Of a DNA stretch of 64,000 bases, positions 12,901-27,200 are shown piece by piece. The position numbers and the translations under genes are program-made. The notes beneath the pieces are model-generated. The model was not told the DNA's origin and searched no databases. It worked only from the letters and a program-made list of their open reading frames with translations. Origin of the DNA: Azolla caroliniana (lineage: Eukaryota; Plantae; Polypodiophyta); contig JBHGNT010000044.1 of assembly GCA_043228905.1 (NCBI GenBank), forward strand, positions 1 through 64,000, in the 5' to 3' direction. The stretch's first letter is position 1, and each line of letters begins with the position of its first letter.

Positions 12901-14499
12901 CCGTGAGTATTTTAAAATTTTCATACCTCGCCCATGTGATATCGGATTTTAGTGTTCAAAGATGCGAATTCGAAGCTAACAATGCTACCTAACACATGGA
13001 AGAGCGCGTCAGTATATTAAAAATTTCATACCTGGCCCGTGGGATATCAGATTTTAGTGTTCAAAGATGCGAATCGAAGGTAACAACGCTAGCTCTGATA
13101 TGGAATTAAAAAATCAAGATTTTGAAACTCAGGTCGAGAGACATGAAGAAATTCGCAAGTTAGAGGAGCGAGTTGAGAAGAGCCCATGAGTAAATTAAAA
13201 TGTTCATACCTGGCCCATGTGATATCGGATTTTTGTGTTCAGAGATAAAAATCGAAGGTAACAACGCTAGCTCTGATATGGAATTAAAAAATCAAGATTT
13301 TGAAACTCAGCTCGACAGACATGAAGAAATTACCAAAATAGAGGAGGGAGTTGAGAAGAGCGCGTGAGTATATTAAAATGTTCATACTTGGCTCGTGTGA
13401 TATCGGATTTTTGTGTTCAAAGATGCGAATCGAAGCTAACAACACTAGCTATGATATGGAATTAAAACATCAAGATTTGGAAACTCAGGACGAGAGACAT
13501 GATGAAATTAGAAAACTTGAGGAGGGAGTTGGGAGGAGCCCTTGAGTAAATTAAAATGTTCATACCTGGCTCGTGTGCTATCGGATTTTTGTGTTCAAAC
13601 ATGCGAATCGAAGCTAACAACGCTAGCTATGAAAATTAAATTAAAAAATCAAGATTTTAAAACTCGGGTCGAGAGACATGACGAAAATAGAAAACTTGAG
13701 GAGGGAGTTGAAAGGAGCCGTTGATTAAATTAAAATGTTCATACCTGGCTCGTGTGATATCGGATTTTTGTGTTCAAACATGCGAATCGAAGCTAACAAC
13801 GCTAGCTATGATATAGAATTAAAAAATCAAGATTTTTAAACTCGAGTCAAGAGACATGACGAAATTACCAAATTTGAGGAGGGAGTTAAGACGAGCTAGT
13901 AGATAAATTAAAATGTTCTTACCTGGCTCGTATGATATCGGATTTCTGTGTTCAAACATGCGAATCGAAGCTAACAACGCTAGCAAAATTGAGGAGTGAG
14001 TTGAGAACACCTAGTAGGTAAATTAAAATGTTCATACCTGGCTTGTGTGATATCGGATTTTTGTGTTCAAACATGCGAATCGAAGCTAACAACGCTAGCT
14101 ATGATATAGAATTAAAAAATCAAGATTTTGAAACTCGGGTCGAGAGACATGACGAAAATAGAAAACTTGAGGAGGGAGTTAAAAGGAGCCCTTGAGTAAA
14201 TTAAAATGTTCATACCTGGCTCGTGTGATATCGGATTTTTGTGTTCAAACATGCGAATCGAAGCTAACAACGCTAGCTATGATATGGAATTAAAACATCA
14301 AGATTTTTAAACTCGAGTCAAGAGACATAACGAAATTACCAAATTTGAGGAGGGAGTTGAGAAGAGCTAGTAGATAAATTAAAATGTTCTTACCTGGCTC
14401 GTATGATATCGGATTATTGTGTTCAAATATGCGAAATGAAGCTAACAATGCTAGCTATGATATGGAATTAAAAAATCAAGATTTGGAAACTCGGGTCGA

Positions 14500-16560
14500 G
14501 AGACATGACGAAAATAGAAAACTTGAGGAGGGAGTTGAGAGGAACCCTTGACTAAATTAAAATGTTCTTACCTGGATCGTATGATATCGGATTTTTGTGT
14601 TCAAACATGCGAATCGAAGCTAACAACGCTAGCTATGATATAGAATTAAAAAATCAAGATTTTGAAACTCAGGTCGAGAGACATGATGAAAATAGAAAAC
14701 ATGAGGAGGGAGTTCAGAAGAGCCCTTGACTAAATTAAAATGTTCATACCTGGCTCGTGTGATACCGGATTTTTTTGTTCAAACATGCGAATCGAAGCTA
14801 ACAACGCTAGCTATGATATAAAATTAAAAAATCAATATTTTGAAACTCAAAACGAGAGACATGATGAAAATAGAAAACTTGAGGAGGGAGTTGAGAAGAG
14901 CCCTTGACTAAATTAAAATGTTCATACCTGGCTCGTGTGATACCGGATTTTTTTGTTCAAACATGCGAATCGAAGCTAACAACGCTAGCTATGATATAGA
15001 ATTAAAAAATCAAGATTTTGAAACTCAAGTCGAGAGACATGAAGAAATTAGCAAACTTGAGGGGGGAGTTGAGAGGAGCCCTTGAATAAATTAAAATGGT
15101 CATACCTAGCTCGTGTGATATCGGATTTTTGTGTTCAAACATGCGAATCGAAGCTAACAACGCTAGCTATGATATGGAATTAAAAAATCAAGATTTTGAA
15201 ACTCGGGTCGAGAGACATGACGAAATTACCAAATTTGAGGAGGGAGTTGAAAGGAGCCCTTTAGTAAATTAAAATGTTCATACCTGGCTCGTGTGATATC
15301 GGATTTTTGTGTTCAAACATGCGAATCGAAGCTAACAACGCTAGCTATTACATGGAATTAAAAAATCCAGATTTTTAAACACGGGTCAACAGACATGACG
15401 AAATTATCAAACTTGAGGACGGAGTTGAGAAGAGCTAGTAGGTAAATTAAAATGTTCATACCTGGCTCGTGTGATATCCGATTTTTGTGTTCAAACATTC
15501 GAATCGAAGCTAACAACGCTAGCTATGATATGGAATTAAAAATTCAAGATTTTGATACTCAGGTCAAGAGACATGAAGAAATTAGCAAACTGGAGGAGGG
15601 AGTCGAGAGGAGCCCTTGAGTAAATTCAAATATTCATACGTGGCTCGTATGATATCGGCTTTTTGTGTTCAAACATGCGAATCGAAGCTAACAACGCTAG
15701 TTATGATATAGAATTAAAAAATCAAGATTTTGAAACTCATGTCGAGAGACATGATGAAAATAGAAAACTTGAGGAGGGAGTTGAGAGGAACCCTTGACTA
15801 AATTAAAATGTTCTTACCTAGATCGTATGATATCGGATTTTTGTGTTCAAACATGCGAATCGAAGCTAACAACGCTAGCTATGATATAGAATTAAAAAAT
15901 CAAGATTTTGAAACTCAGGTCGAGAGACATGATGAAAATAGAAAACATGAGGAGGGAGTTCAGAAGAGCCCTTGACTAAATTAAAATGTTCATACCTGGC
16001 TCGTGTGATACCGGATTTTTTTGTTCAAACATGCGAATTGAAGCTAACAACGCTAGCTATGATATAGAATTAAAAAATCAATATTTTGAAACTCAAGTCG
16101 AGAGACATGATGAAAATAGACAACTTGAGGAGGGAGTTGAGAAGAGCCCTTGACTAAATTAAAATGTTCATACCTGGCTCGTGTGATACCGGATTTTTTT
16201 GTTCAAACATGCGAATCGAAGCTAACAACGCTAGCAATGATATAGAATTAAAAAATCAAGATTTTGAAACTCAAGTCGAGAGACATGAAGAAATTAGCAA
16301 ACTTGAGGAGGGAGTTGAGAGGAGCCCTTGAATAAATTAAAATGGTCATACCTAGCTCGTGTGATATCGGATTTTTGTGTTCAAACATGCGAATCGAAGC
16401 TAACAACGCTAGCTATGATATGGAATTAAAAAATCAAGATTTTGAAACTCGGGTCGAGAGACATGACGAAATTACCAAATTTGAGGAGGGAGTTGAAAGG
16501 AGCCCTTGAGTAAATTAAAATGTTCATACCTGGCTCGTGTGATATCGGATTTTTGTGTTC
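14500..16560. repeat. Duplicated block at 7-monomer (1246-bp) offset
   Basis: GGAACCCTTGAC at 14541/15787 and TTAAAATGGTCATACCTAGC at 15091/16337. Paired GATACCGG monomers occur in both copies. Confidence 0.85.
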
Positions 16561-19000
16561 AAACATGTGAATCGAAGCTAACAACGCTAGCTATGATAAG
16601 GAATTAAAACATCAAGATTTTTAAACTCGAGTCAAGAGACATGACGAAATTACCAAATTTGAGGAGGGAGCTGAGAAGAGCTAGTAGATAAATTAAAATG
16701 TTCTTACCTGGCTCGTATGATATCGGATTTTTGTGTTCAAACATGCGAATCGAAGCTAACAATGCTAGCTATGATATGGAATTAAAAAATCAAGATTTGG
16801 AAACTCGGGTCGAGAGACATGACGAAAATAGAAAACTTGAGGAGGGAGTTGAAAGGAGACCTTGAGTAAATTAAAATGTTCATACCTGGCTCGTGTGATA
16901 TCGGATTTTTGTGTTCAAACATGCGAATCGAAGCTAACAACGCTAGCTATGATATAGAATTAAAAAATCAAGATTTTTAAACTCGAGTCAAGAGACATGA
17001 CGAAATTACCAAATTTGAGGAGGGAGTTGAGAAGAGCTAGTAGATAAATTAAAATGTTCTTACCTGGCTCGTATGATATCGGATTTTTGTGTTCAAACAT
17101 GCGAATCGACGATAACAACGCTAGCAAACTTGACGAGTGAGTTGAGAAGACCTAGTAGGTAAATTAAAATGTTCATACCTGGCTCGTGTGATATCGGATT
17201 TTTGTGTTCAAACATGCGAATCGAAGCTAACAACTCTAGCTATGATATGGAATTAAAAAATCAAGATTTTGAAACTCAGGTCAAGAGACATGAAGAAATT
17301 AGCAAACTTGAGGAGGGAGTTGAGAAGAGCTACTAGGTAAATTAAAATGTTCATACCTGGCTCGTGTGATATCGGATTTTTATGTTCAAACATGCGAATC
17401 GAAGCTAACAACGCTAGCTATGATATGGAATTAAAACATCAAGATTTTTAAACTCGAGTCAAGAGACATAACGAAATTACCAAATTTGAGGAGGGAGTTG
17501 AGAAGAGCTAGTAGATAAATTAAAATGTTCTTACCTGGCTCGTATGATATCGGATTTTTGTGTTCAAACATGCGAAATGAAGCTAACAATGCTAGCTATG
17601 ATATGGAATTAAAAAATCAAGATTTTGAAACTCGGGTCGAGAGACATGACGCAAATACAAAACTTGAGGAGGGAGTTGAAAGGAGCCCTTGAGTAAATTA
17701 AAATGTTCATACCTGGCTCGTGTGATATCGGATTTTTGTGTTCAAACATGCGAATCGAAGTTAACAATGCTAGCTATGATATAGAATTAAAAAATCAAGA
17801 TTTTTAAACTCGAGTCAAGAGACATGACGAAATTACCAAATTTGAGGAGGGAGTTGAGAAGAGCTAGTAGAAAAATTAAAATGTTCTTACCTGGCTCGTA
17901 TGATATCGGATTTTTGTGTTCAAACATGCGAATCGAAGATAACAACGCTAGCAAACTTGAGGAGTGAGTTGAGAAGACCTAGTAGGTAAATTAAAATGTT
18001 CATACCTGGCTCGTGTGATATCGGATTTTTGTGTTCAAACATGCGAATCGAAGCTAACAACGCTAGCTATGATATGGAATTAAAAAATCAAGATTTTGAA
18101 ACTCAGGTCAAGAGACATGAAAAAATTAGCAAACTTGAGGAGGGAGTTGAGAAGAGCTACTAGGTAAATTAAAATGTTCATACCTGGCTCGTGTGATATC
18201 GGATTTTTGTGTTCAAACATGCGAATCGAAGCTAACAACGCTAGCTATGATATGGAATTAAAACATCAAGATTTTTCAACTCGAGTCAAGAGACATAACG
18301 AAATTACCAAATTTGAGGAGGAAGTTGAGAAGAGCTAGTAGATAAATTAAAATGTTCTTACCTGGCTCGTATGATATCGGATTTTTGTGTTCAAACATGC
18401 GAATCGAAGCTAACAATGCTAGCTATGATATGGAATTAAAAAAACTATGATTTGGAAACTCGGGTCGAGAGACATGACGAAAATAGAAAACTTGAGGAGG
18501 GAGTTGAAAGGAGCCCTTGAGTAAATTAAAATGTTCATACGTGGCGCGTGTGATATCGGATTTTTGTGTTCAAACATGCGAATCGAAGCTAACAACGCTA
18601 GCTTTGATATGGAATTAAAACATCAAGATTTTTAAACTCGAGTCAAGAGACATGACGAAATTACCAAATTTGAGGAGGGAGTTGAGAAGAGCTAGTAGAT
18701 AAATTAAAATGTTCTTACCTGGCTCGTATGATATCGGATTTTTGTGTTCAAACATGCGAATCGAAGCTAACAACGCTAGCAAACTTGAGGAGTGAGTTGA
18801 GAAGACCTAGTAGGTAAATTAAAATGTTCATACCTGGCTTGTGTGATATCGGATTTTTGTGTTCAAACATGCGAATCGAAGCTAACAACGCTAGCTATGA
18901 TATGGAATTAAAAAATCAAGATTTTGAAACTCGGGTCGAGAGACATGACGAAAATAGAAAACATGAGGAGGGAGTTAAAAGGAGCCCTTGAGTAAATTAA
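16560..19000. repeat. Local 5-monomer HOR (~827 bp = 4x178 + 115), about three copies
   Basis: Deletion junctions at 17122, 17949 and 18777 (spacing 827 and 828). Confidence 0.8.
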
Positions 19001-21229
19001 AATGTTCATACCTGGCTCGTGTGATATCGGATTTTTGTGTTCAAACATGCGAATCGAAGCTAACAATGCTAGCTACGATGTGGAATTAAAAAATCAAGAT
19101 TTTGAAACTCAAAACGACAGACATGAAGAAATTAGCAAACTTGAGGAGGGAGTTGAGAGGAGCCCTTGAGTAAATTAAAATGTTCATACGTGGCTCGTGT
19201 GATATCGGATTTTTGTGTTCAAACATGCGAATCGAAGCTAACATTGCTAGCTATGATATGGATTTAAAAAATCAAGATTTTGAAACTCAGGTCGAGAGAC
19301 ATGATGAAAATAGAAAACTTGAGGAGGGGGTTGAGAGGAGCCCTTGAGTAAATTAAAATGTTCATACCTGGCTCGTGTGATATCGGATTTTTGTGTTCAA
19401 ACATGCGAATCGAAGCTAACAATGCTAGCTACGATGTGGAATTAAGAAATCAAGATTTTGAAACTCAGGACGAGAGACATGATGAAAATAGAAAACTTGG
19501 GGAGGGAGTTGAGAGGAGCCCTTGAGTAAATTAAAATGTTCATACCTGGCTCGTGTGCTATCGGATTTTTGTGTTCAAACATGCGAATCGAAGCTAACAT
19601 TGCTAGCTACGATATGGAATTAAAAAATCAAGATTTTTAAACTCGGGTCAAGAGACATGACGAAATTACCAAATTTGAGGAGGGAGTTGAGAGGAGCCCT
19701 TGACTAATTTAAAATGTTCATACCTGGCTCGTGTGATATCGTATTTTTGTGTTCAAACATGCGAATCGAAGCTAACAACGCTTGCTATGATATGGAATTA
19801 AAAACTCAATATTTTTAAACTCGGGTCAAGAGACATGAAGAAATTAGCAAACTTGAGGAGGGAGTTGAGAGGAGCCCTTGAGTAAATTAAAATGTTCATA
19901 CGTGGCTCGTGTGATATCGGATTTTTGTGTTCAAACATGCGAATCGAAGCTAACATTGCTAGCTATGATATGGATTTAAAAAATCAAGATTTTGAAACTC
20001 AGGTCGAGAGACATGATGAAAATAGAAAACTTGAGGAGGGGGTTGAGAGGAGCCCTTGAGTAAATTAAAATGTTCATACCTGGCTCGTGTGATATCGGAT
20101 TTTTGTGTTCAAACATGCGCATCGAAACTAACAATGCTAGCTACGACATGGAATTAAAAAATCAAGATTTTGAGACTCAGGACGAGAGACATGATGAAAA
20201 TAGAAAACTTGGGGAGGGAGTTGAGAGGAGCCCTTGAGTAAATTAAAATGTTCATACCTGGCTCGTGTGCTATCGGATTTTTGTGTTCAAACATGCGAAT
20301 CGAAGCTAACAACGCTAGCTATGATATGGAATTAAAAAATCAAGATTTTGAAACTCGGGTCAAGAGACATGAAGAAATTAGCAAACTTGAGGAGGGAGTT
20401 GAGAGGAGCCCTTGAGTAAATTAAAATGTTCATACGTGGCTCGTGTGCTATCGGATTTTTGTGTTCAAACATGCGAATCGAAGCTAACAACGCTAACTAT
20501 CATATGGAATTAAAAAATCAAGATTTTGAAACTCAGGTCAAGAGACATGAAGAAATTAGCAAACTTGAGGACTGAGTTGAACAGACCTAGTAGGTAAATT
20601 AAAATGTTCATACCTGGCTCGTGTGATATAGGATTTTTGTGTTCAAACATGCGAATCGAAGCTAACAACGCTAGCTATGATATGGAATTAAAAACTCAAG
20701 ATTTTTAAACTCGGGTCAAGAGACATGACGAAATTACCAAATTTGAGGAGGGAGTTGAGAAGAGCCCTTGACTAAATTAGAATGTTCATACCTGGCTCGT
20801 GTGATATCGGATTTTTGTGTTCATACATGCGAATCGAAGCTAACAATGCTAGCTACGATATGGAATTAAAAAATCAAGATTTTGAAACTCAGGTCAAGAG
20901 ACATGAAGAAATTACCAAACTTGAGGACTGAGTTGAGAAGACCTAGTAGGTAAATTAAAATGTTCATTCCTGGCTCGTATGGTATCGGCTTTTTGTGTTC
21001 AAACATGCGAATCGAAGCTAACAACGCTAGCTATGATATAGAATTAAAAAATCAAGATTTTGAAACTCAGGTCCAGAGACATGATGAAAATAGAAAACCT
21101 TAGGACGGGGTTGAGAGGAGCCCTTGAGTAAATTAAAATGTTCTTACCTGGCTCGTGTGATATCGGATTTTTGTGGTCAAACATGCGAATCGAAGCTAAC
21201 AACGTTAGCTATCATATGGAATTAAAAAC

Positions 21230-24200
21230 TCAATATTTTTAAACTCGGGTCAAGAGACATGAAGAAATTAGCAAACTTGAGGAGGGAGTTGAGAGGAGCC
21301 CTTGAGTAAATTAAAATGTTCATACGTGGCTCGTGTGATATCGGATTTTTGTGTTCAAACATGCGAATCGAAGCTACCAACGCTAGCTATGATATGGAAT
21401 TAAAAAATCAATATTTTGAAACTCAGGTCGAGAGACATGATGAAAATAGAAAACTTGAGGAGGGGGTTGAGAGGAGCCCTTGAGTAAATTAAAATATTCA
21501 TACCTGGCTCGTGTGATATCGGATTTTTGTGTTCAAACATGCGCATCGAAACTAACAATGCTAGCTACGACATGGAATTAAAAAATCAAGATTTTGAGAC
21601 TCAGGACGAGAGACATGATGAAAATAGAAAACTTGGGGAGGGAGTTGAGAGGAGCCCTGTAGTAAATTAAAATGTTCATACCTGGCTCGTGTGGTATCGG
21701 ATTTTTGTGTTCAAACATGCGAATCGAAGCTAACAACGCTAGCTATGACATGGAATTAAAAAATCAAGATTTTGAAACTTAGGTCAAGAGACATGAAGAA
21801 ATTAGCAAACTTGAGGACTGAGTTGAGAAGACCTAGTAGGTAAATTAAAATGTTCATACCTGGCTCGTGTGATATCGGATTTTTCTGTTCAAACATGCGA
21901 ATCGAAGCTAACAACGCTAGCTATGATATGGAATTAAAAACTCAAGATTTTTAAACTCGGGTCAAGAGACATGAGGAAATTACCAAATTTGAGGAGGGAG
22001 TTGAGAAGAGCCCTTGACTAAATTAAAATGTTCATACCTGGCTCGTGTGATATCGGATTTTTGTGTTCATACATGCGAATCGAAGCTAACAATGCTAGCT
22101 ACGATATGGAATTAAAAAATCAAGATTTTGAAACTCAGGACGAGAGACATGATGAAAATAGAAAACATGGGGAGGGAGTTGAGAGGAGCCCTTGAGTAAA
22201 TTAAAATGTTCATACCTGGCTCGTGTGCTATCGGATTTTTGTGTTCAAACATGCGAATCGAAGCTAACAACGCTAGCTATCATATGGAATTAAAAAATCA
22301 AGATTTTGACACTCAAGTCAAGAGACATGAAGAAATTAGCAAACTTGAGGAGTGAGTTCAGAACACCTAGTAGGTAAAATTAAAATGTTCATACCTGGCT
22401 CGTGTGATATCGGATTTTTGTGTTCAAACATGCGAATCGAAGCTAACAATGCTAGCTACGATGTGGAATTAAAAAATCAAGATTTTGAAACTCAAAACGA
22501 GAGACATGATGAAAATAGAAAACTTGCGGAGGGAGTTGAGAGGAGCCCTTGAGTAAATTAAAATGTTCATACCTGGCTCGTGTGCTATCGGATTTTTGTG
22601 TTCAAACATGCGAATCGAAGCTAACAACGCTAGCTATCATATGGAATTAAAAACTCAATATTTTTAAACTCGGGTCAAGAGACATGAAGAAATTAGCAAA
22701 CTTGAGGAGGGAGTTGAGAGGAGCCCTTGAGTAAATTAAAATGTTCATACGTGGCTCGTGTGCTATCGGATTTTTGTGTTCAAACATGCGAATCGAAGCT
22801 AACAACGCTAGCTATCATATGGAATTAAAAAATCAAGATTTTGAAACTCAGGTCAGGAGACATGAAGAAATTAGCAAACTTGAGGACTGAGTTGAGAAGA
22901 CCTAGTAGGTAAATTAAAATGTTCATACCTGGCTCGTGTGATATAGGATTTTTGTGTTCAAACATGCGAATCGAAGCTAACAACGCTAGTTATGATATGG
23001 AATTAAAAACTCAAGATTTTTAAACTCGGGTCAAGAGACATGACGAAATTACCAAATTTGAGGAGGGAGTTGAGAAGAGCCCTTGACTAAATTAAAATGT
23101 TCATACCTGGCTCGTGTGATATCGGATTTTTGTGTTCATACATGCGAATCGAAGCTAACAATGCTAGCTACGATATGGAATTAAAAAATCAAGATTTTGA
23201 AACTCAGGTCAAGAGACATGAAGAAATTACCAAACTTGAGGACTGTGTTGAGAAGACCTAGTAGGTAAATTAAAATGTTCATTCCTGGCTCGTATGGTAT
23301 CGGTTTTTTGTGTTCAAACATGCGAATCGAAGCTAACAACGCTAGCTATGATATAGAATTAAAAAATCAAGATTTTGAAACTCAGGTCCAGAGACATGAT
23401 GAAAATAGAAAACCTTAGGACGGGGTTGAGAGGAGCCCTTGAGTAAATTAAAATGTTCTTACCTGGCTCGTGTGATATCGGATTTTTGTGGTCAAACATG
23501 CGAATCGAAGCTAACAACGTTAGCTATCATATGGAATTAAAAAATCAAGATTTTGAAACTCGGGTCAAGAGACATGAAGAAATTAGCAAACTTGAGGAGT
23601 GAGTTGAGAAGACCTACTAGGTAAATTAAAATGTTCATACCTGGCTCGTGTGATATCGGATTTTTGTGTTCAAACATGCGAATCGAAGCTAACAACGCTA
23701 GCTGTGATATGGAATTAAAAACTCAAGATTTTTAAACTCGGGTCAAGAGACATGACGAAATTACCAAATTTGAGGAGGGAGTTGAGAAGAGCCCTGGACT
23801 AAATTAAAATGTTCATACCTGGCTCGTGTGATATCGGATTTTTGTGTTCATACATGCGAATCGAAGCTAACAATGCTAGCTACGATATGGAATTAAAAAA
23901 TCAAGATTTTGAAACTCAGGTCGAGAGACATGATGAAAATAGAAAACTTGAGGAGGGAGTTGAGAGGAGCCCTTGAGTAAATTAAAATGTTCATACCTGG
24001 CTCGTGTGGTATCGGATTTTTGTGTTCAAACATGCGAATCGAAGCTAACAATGCTAGCTACGATATGGAATTAAAAAATCAAGATTTTTAAACTCGGGTC
24101 AAGAGACATGACGAAATTACCAAATTTGAGGAGGGAGTTGAGAAGAGCCCTTGACTAATTTAAAATGTTCATACCTGGCTCGTGTGATATCGTATTTTTG

Positions 24201-27200
24201 TGTTCAAACATGCGAATCGAAGCTAACAACGCTTGCTATGATATGGAATTAAAAACTCAATATTTTTAAACTCGGGTCAAGAGACATGAAGAAATTAGCA
24301 AACTTGAGGAGGGAGTTGAGAGGAGCCCTTGAGTAAATTAAAATGTTCATACGTGGCTCGTGTGATATCGGATTTTTGTGTTCAAACATGCGAATCGAAG
24401 CTACCAACGCTAGCTATGATATGGAATTAAAAAATCAAGATTTTGAAACTCAGGTCGAGAGACATGATGAAAATAGAAAACTTGAGGAGGGGGTTGAGAG
24501 GAGCCCTTGAGTAAATTAAAATATTCATACCTGGCTCGTGTGATATCGGATTTTTGTGTTCAAACATGCGCATCGAAACTAACAATGCTAGCTACGACAT
24601 GGAATTAAAAAATCAAGATTTTGAGACTCAGGACGAGAGACATGATGAAAATAGAAAACTTGGGGAGGGAGTTGAGAGGAGCCCTTTAGTAAATTAAAAT
24701 GTTCATACCTGGCTCGTGTGGTATCGGATTTTTGTGTTCAAACATGCGAATCGAAGCTAACAACGCTAGCTATGACATGGAATTAAAAAATCAAGATTTT
24801 GAAACTTAGGTCAAGAGACATGAAGAAATTAGCAAACTTGAGGACTGAGTTGAGAAGACCTAGTAGGTAAATTAAAATGTTCATACCTGGCTCGTGTGAT
24901 ATCGGATTTTTCTGTTCAAACATGCGAATCGAAGCTAACAACGCTAGCTATGATATGGAATTAAAAACTCAAGATTTTTAAACTCGGGTCAAGAGACATG
25001 AGGAAATTACCAAATTTGAGGAGGGAGTTGAGAAGAGCCCTTGACTAAATTAAAATGTTCATACCTGGCTCGTGTGATATCGGATTTTTGTGTTCATACA
25101 TGCTAATCGAAGCTAACAATGCTAGGTACGATATGGAATTAAAAAATCAAGATTTTGAAACTCAGGACGAGAGACATGATGAAAATAGAAAACATGGGGA
25201 GGGAGTTGAGAGGAGCCCTTGAGTAAATTAAAATGTTCATACCTGGCTCGTGTGCTATCGGATTTTTGTGTTCAAACATGCGAATCGAAGCTAACAACGC
25301 TAGCTATGACATGGAATTAAAAAATCAAGATTTTGAAACTTAGGTCAAGAGACATGAAGAAATTAGCAAACTTGAGGACTGAGTTGAGAAGACCTAGTAG
25401 GTAAATTAAAATGTTCATACCTGGCTCGTGTGATATCGGATTTTTCTGTTCAAACATGCGAATCGAAGCTAACAACGCTAGCTATGATATGGAATTAAAA
25501 ACTCAAGATTTTTAAACTCGGGTCAAGAGACATGAGGAAATTACCAAATTTGAGGAGGGAGTTGAGAAGAGCCCTTGACTAAATTAAAATGTTCATACCT
25601 GGCTCGTGTGATATCGGATTTTTGTGTTCATACATGCGAATCGAAGCTAACAATGCTAGGTACGATATGGAATTAAAAAATCAAGATTTTGAAACTCAGG
25701 ACGAGAGACATGATGAAAATAGAAAACATGGGGAGGGAGTTGAGAGGAGCCCTTGAGTAAATTAAAATGTTCATACCTGGCTCGTGTGCTATCGGATTTT
25801 TGTGTTCAAACATGCGAATCGAAGCTAACAACGCTAGCTATCATATGGAATTAAAAAATCAAGATTTTGACACTCAAGTCAAGAGACATGAAGAAATTAG
25901 CAAACTTGAGGAGTGAGTTCAGAACACCTAGTAGGTAAAATTAAAATGTTCATACCTGGCTCGTGTGATATCGGATTTTTGGGTTCAAACATGCGAATCG
26001 AAGCTAACAATGCTAGCTACGATGTGGAATTAAAAAATCAAGATTTTGAAACTCAAAACGAGAGACATGATGAAAATAGAAAACTTGGGGAGGGAGTTGA
26101 GAGGAGCCCTTGAGTAAATTAAAATGTTCATACCTGGCTCGTGTGCTATCGGATTTTTGTGTTCAAACATGCGAATCGAAGCTAACAACGCTAGCTATCA
26201 TATGGAATTAAAAACTCAATATTTTTAAACTCGGGTCAAGAGACATGAAGAAATTAGCAAACTTGAGGAGGGAGTTGAGAGGAGCCCTTGAGTAAATTAA
26301 AATGTTCATACGTGGCTCGTGTGCTATCGGCTTTTTGTGTTCAAACATGGGAATCGAAGCTAACAACGCTAGCTATCATATGGAATTAAAAAATCAAGAT
26401 TTTGAAACTCAGGTCAGGAGACATGAAGAAATTAGCAAACTTGAGGACTGAGTTGAGAAGACCTAGTAGGTAAATTAAAATGTTCATACCTGGCTCGTGT
26501 GATATAGGATTTTTGTGTTCAAACATGCGAATCGAAGCTAACAACGCTAGTTATGATATGGAATTAAAAACTCAAGATTTTTAAACTCGGGTCAAGAGAC
26601 ATGACGAAATTACCAAATTTGAGGAGGGAGTTGAGAAGAGCCCTTGACTAAATTAAAATGTTCATACCTGGCTCGTGTGATATCGGATTTTTGTGTTCAT
26701 ACATGCGAATCGAAGCTAACAATGCTAGCTACGATATGGAATTAAAAAATCAAGATTTTGAAACTCAGGTCAAGAGACATGAAGAAATTACCAAACTTGA
26801 GGACTGAGTTGAGAAGACCGAGTAGGTAAATTAAAATGTTCATTCCTGGCTCGTATGGTATCGGTTTTTTGTGTTCAAACATGCGAATCGAAGCTAACAA
26901 CGCTAGCTATGATATAGAATTAAAAAATCAAGATTTTGAAACTCAGGTCCAGAGACATGATGAAAATAGAAAACCTTAGGACGGGGTTGAGAGGAGCCCT
27001 TGAGTAAATTAAAATGTTCTTACCTGGCTCGTGTGATATCGGATTTTTGTGGTCAAACATGCGAATCGAAGCTAACAACGTTAGCTATCATATGGAATTA
27101 AAAAATCAAGATTTTGAAACTCGGGTCAAGAGACATGAAGAAATTAGCAAACTTGAGGAGTGAGTTGAGAAGACCTACTAGGTAAATTAAAATGTTCATA

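Larger units (their letters stand above)
1..13370. repeat. Satellite subfamily L: divergent layer with alternating monomer types and many indel variants
   Basis: Diagnostic TTCAAAGATGCG, CCTGGCCCATGTG/ATTTTAGTG, CTCGGGTGATCCCGG and TTCGCAAGTTAG, not seen right of ~13.6 kb. Contains monomers of 165, 160, 115 and 105 bp and a 232-bp fusion. Confidence 0.93.
13371..19000. repeat. Satellite intermediate layer: subfamily R sequence with its own variants and 115-bp deletion monomers
   Basis: TTCAAACATGCG and CTCGTGTGATATC as in the right domain, plus layer-specific GAGCTAGTAGATAAA, CTCGAGTCAAG, GTTGAAAGGAGCC and four CGCTAGCAAA deletion junctions (13981, 17122, 17949, 18777). Confidence 0.85.

Noticed and set aside
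6198-18830. Deletion sizes as multiples of the helical repeat (63 and 73 bp; two independent 115-bp monomers)
   Set aside because: The 13-, 18- and 45-bp deletions do not fit and there are too few events to distinguish from chance.
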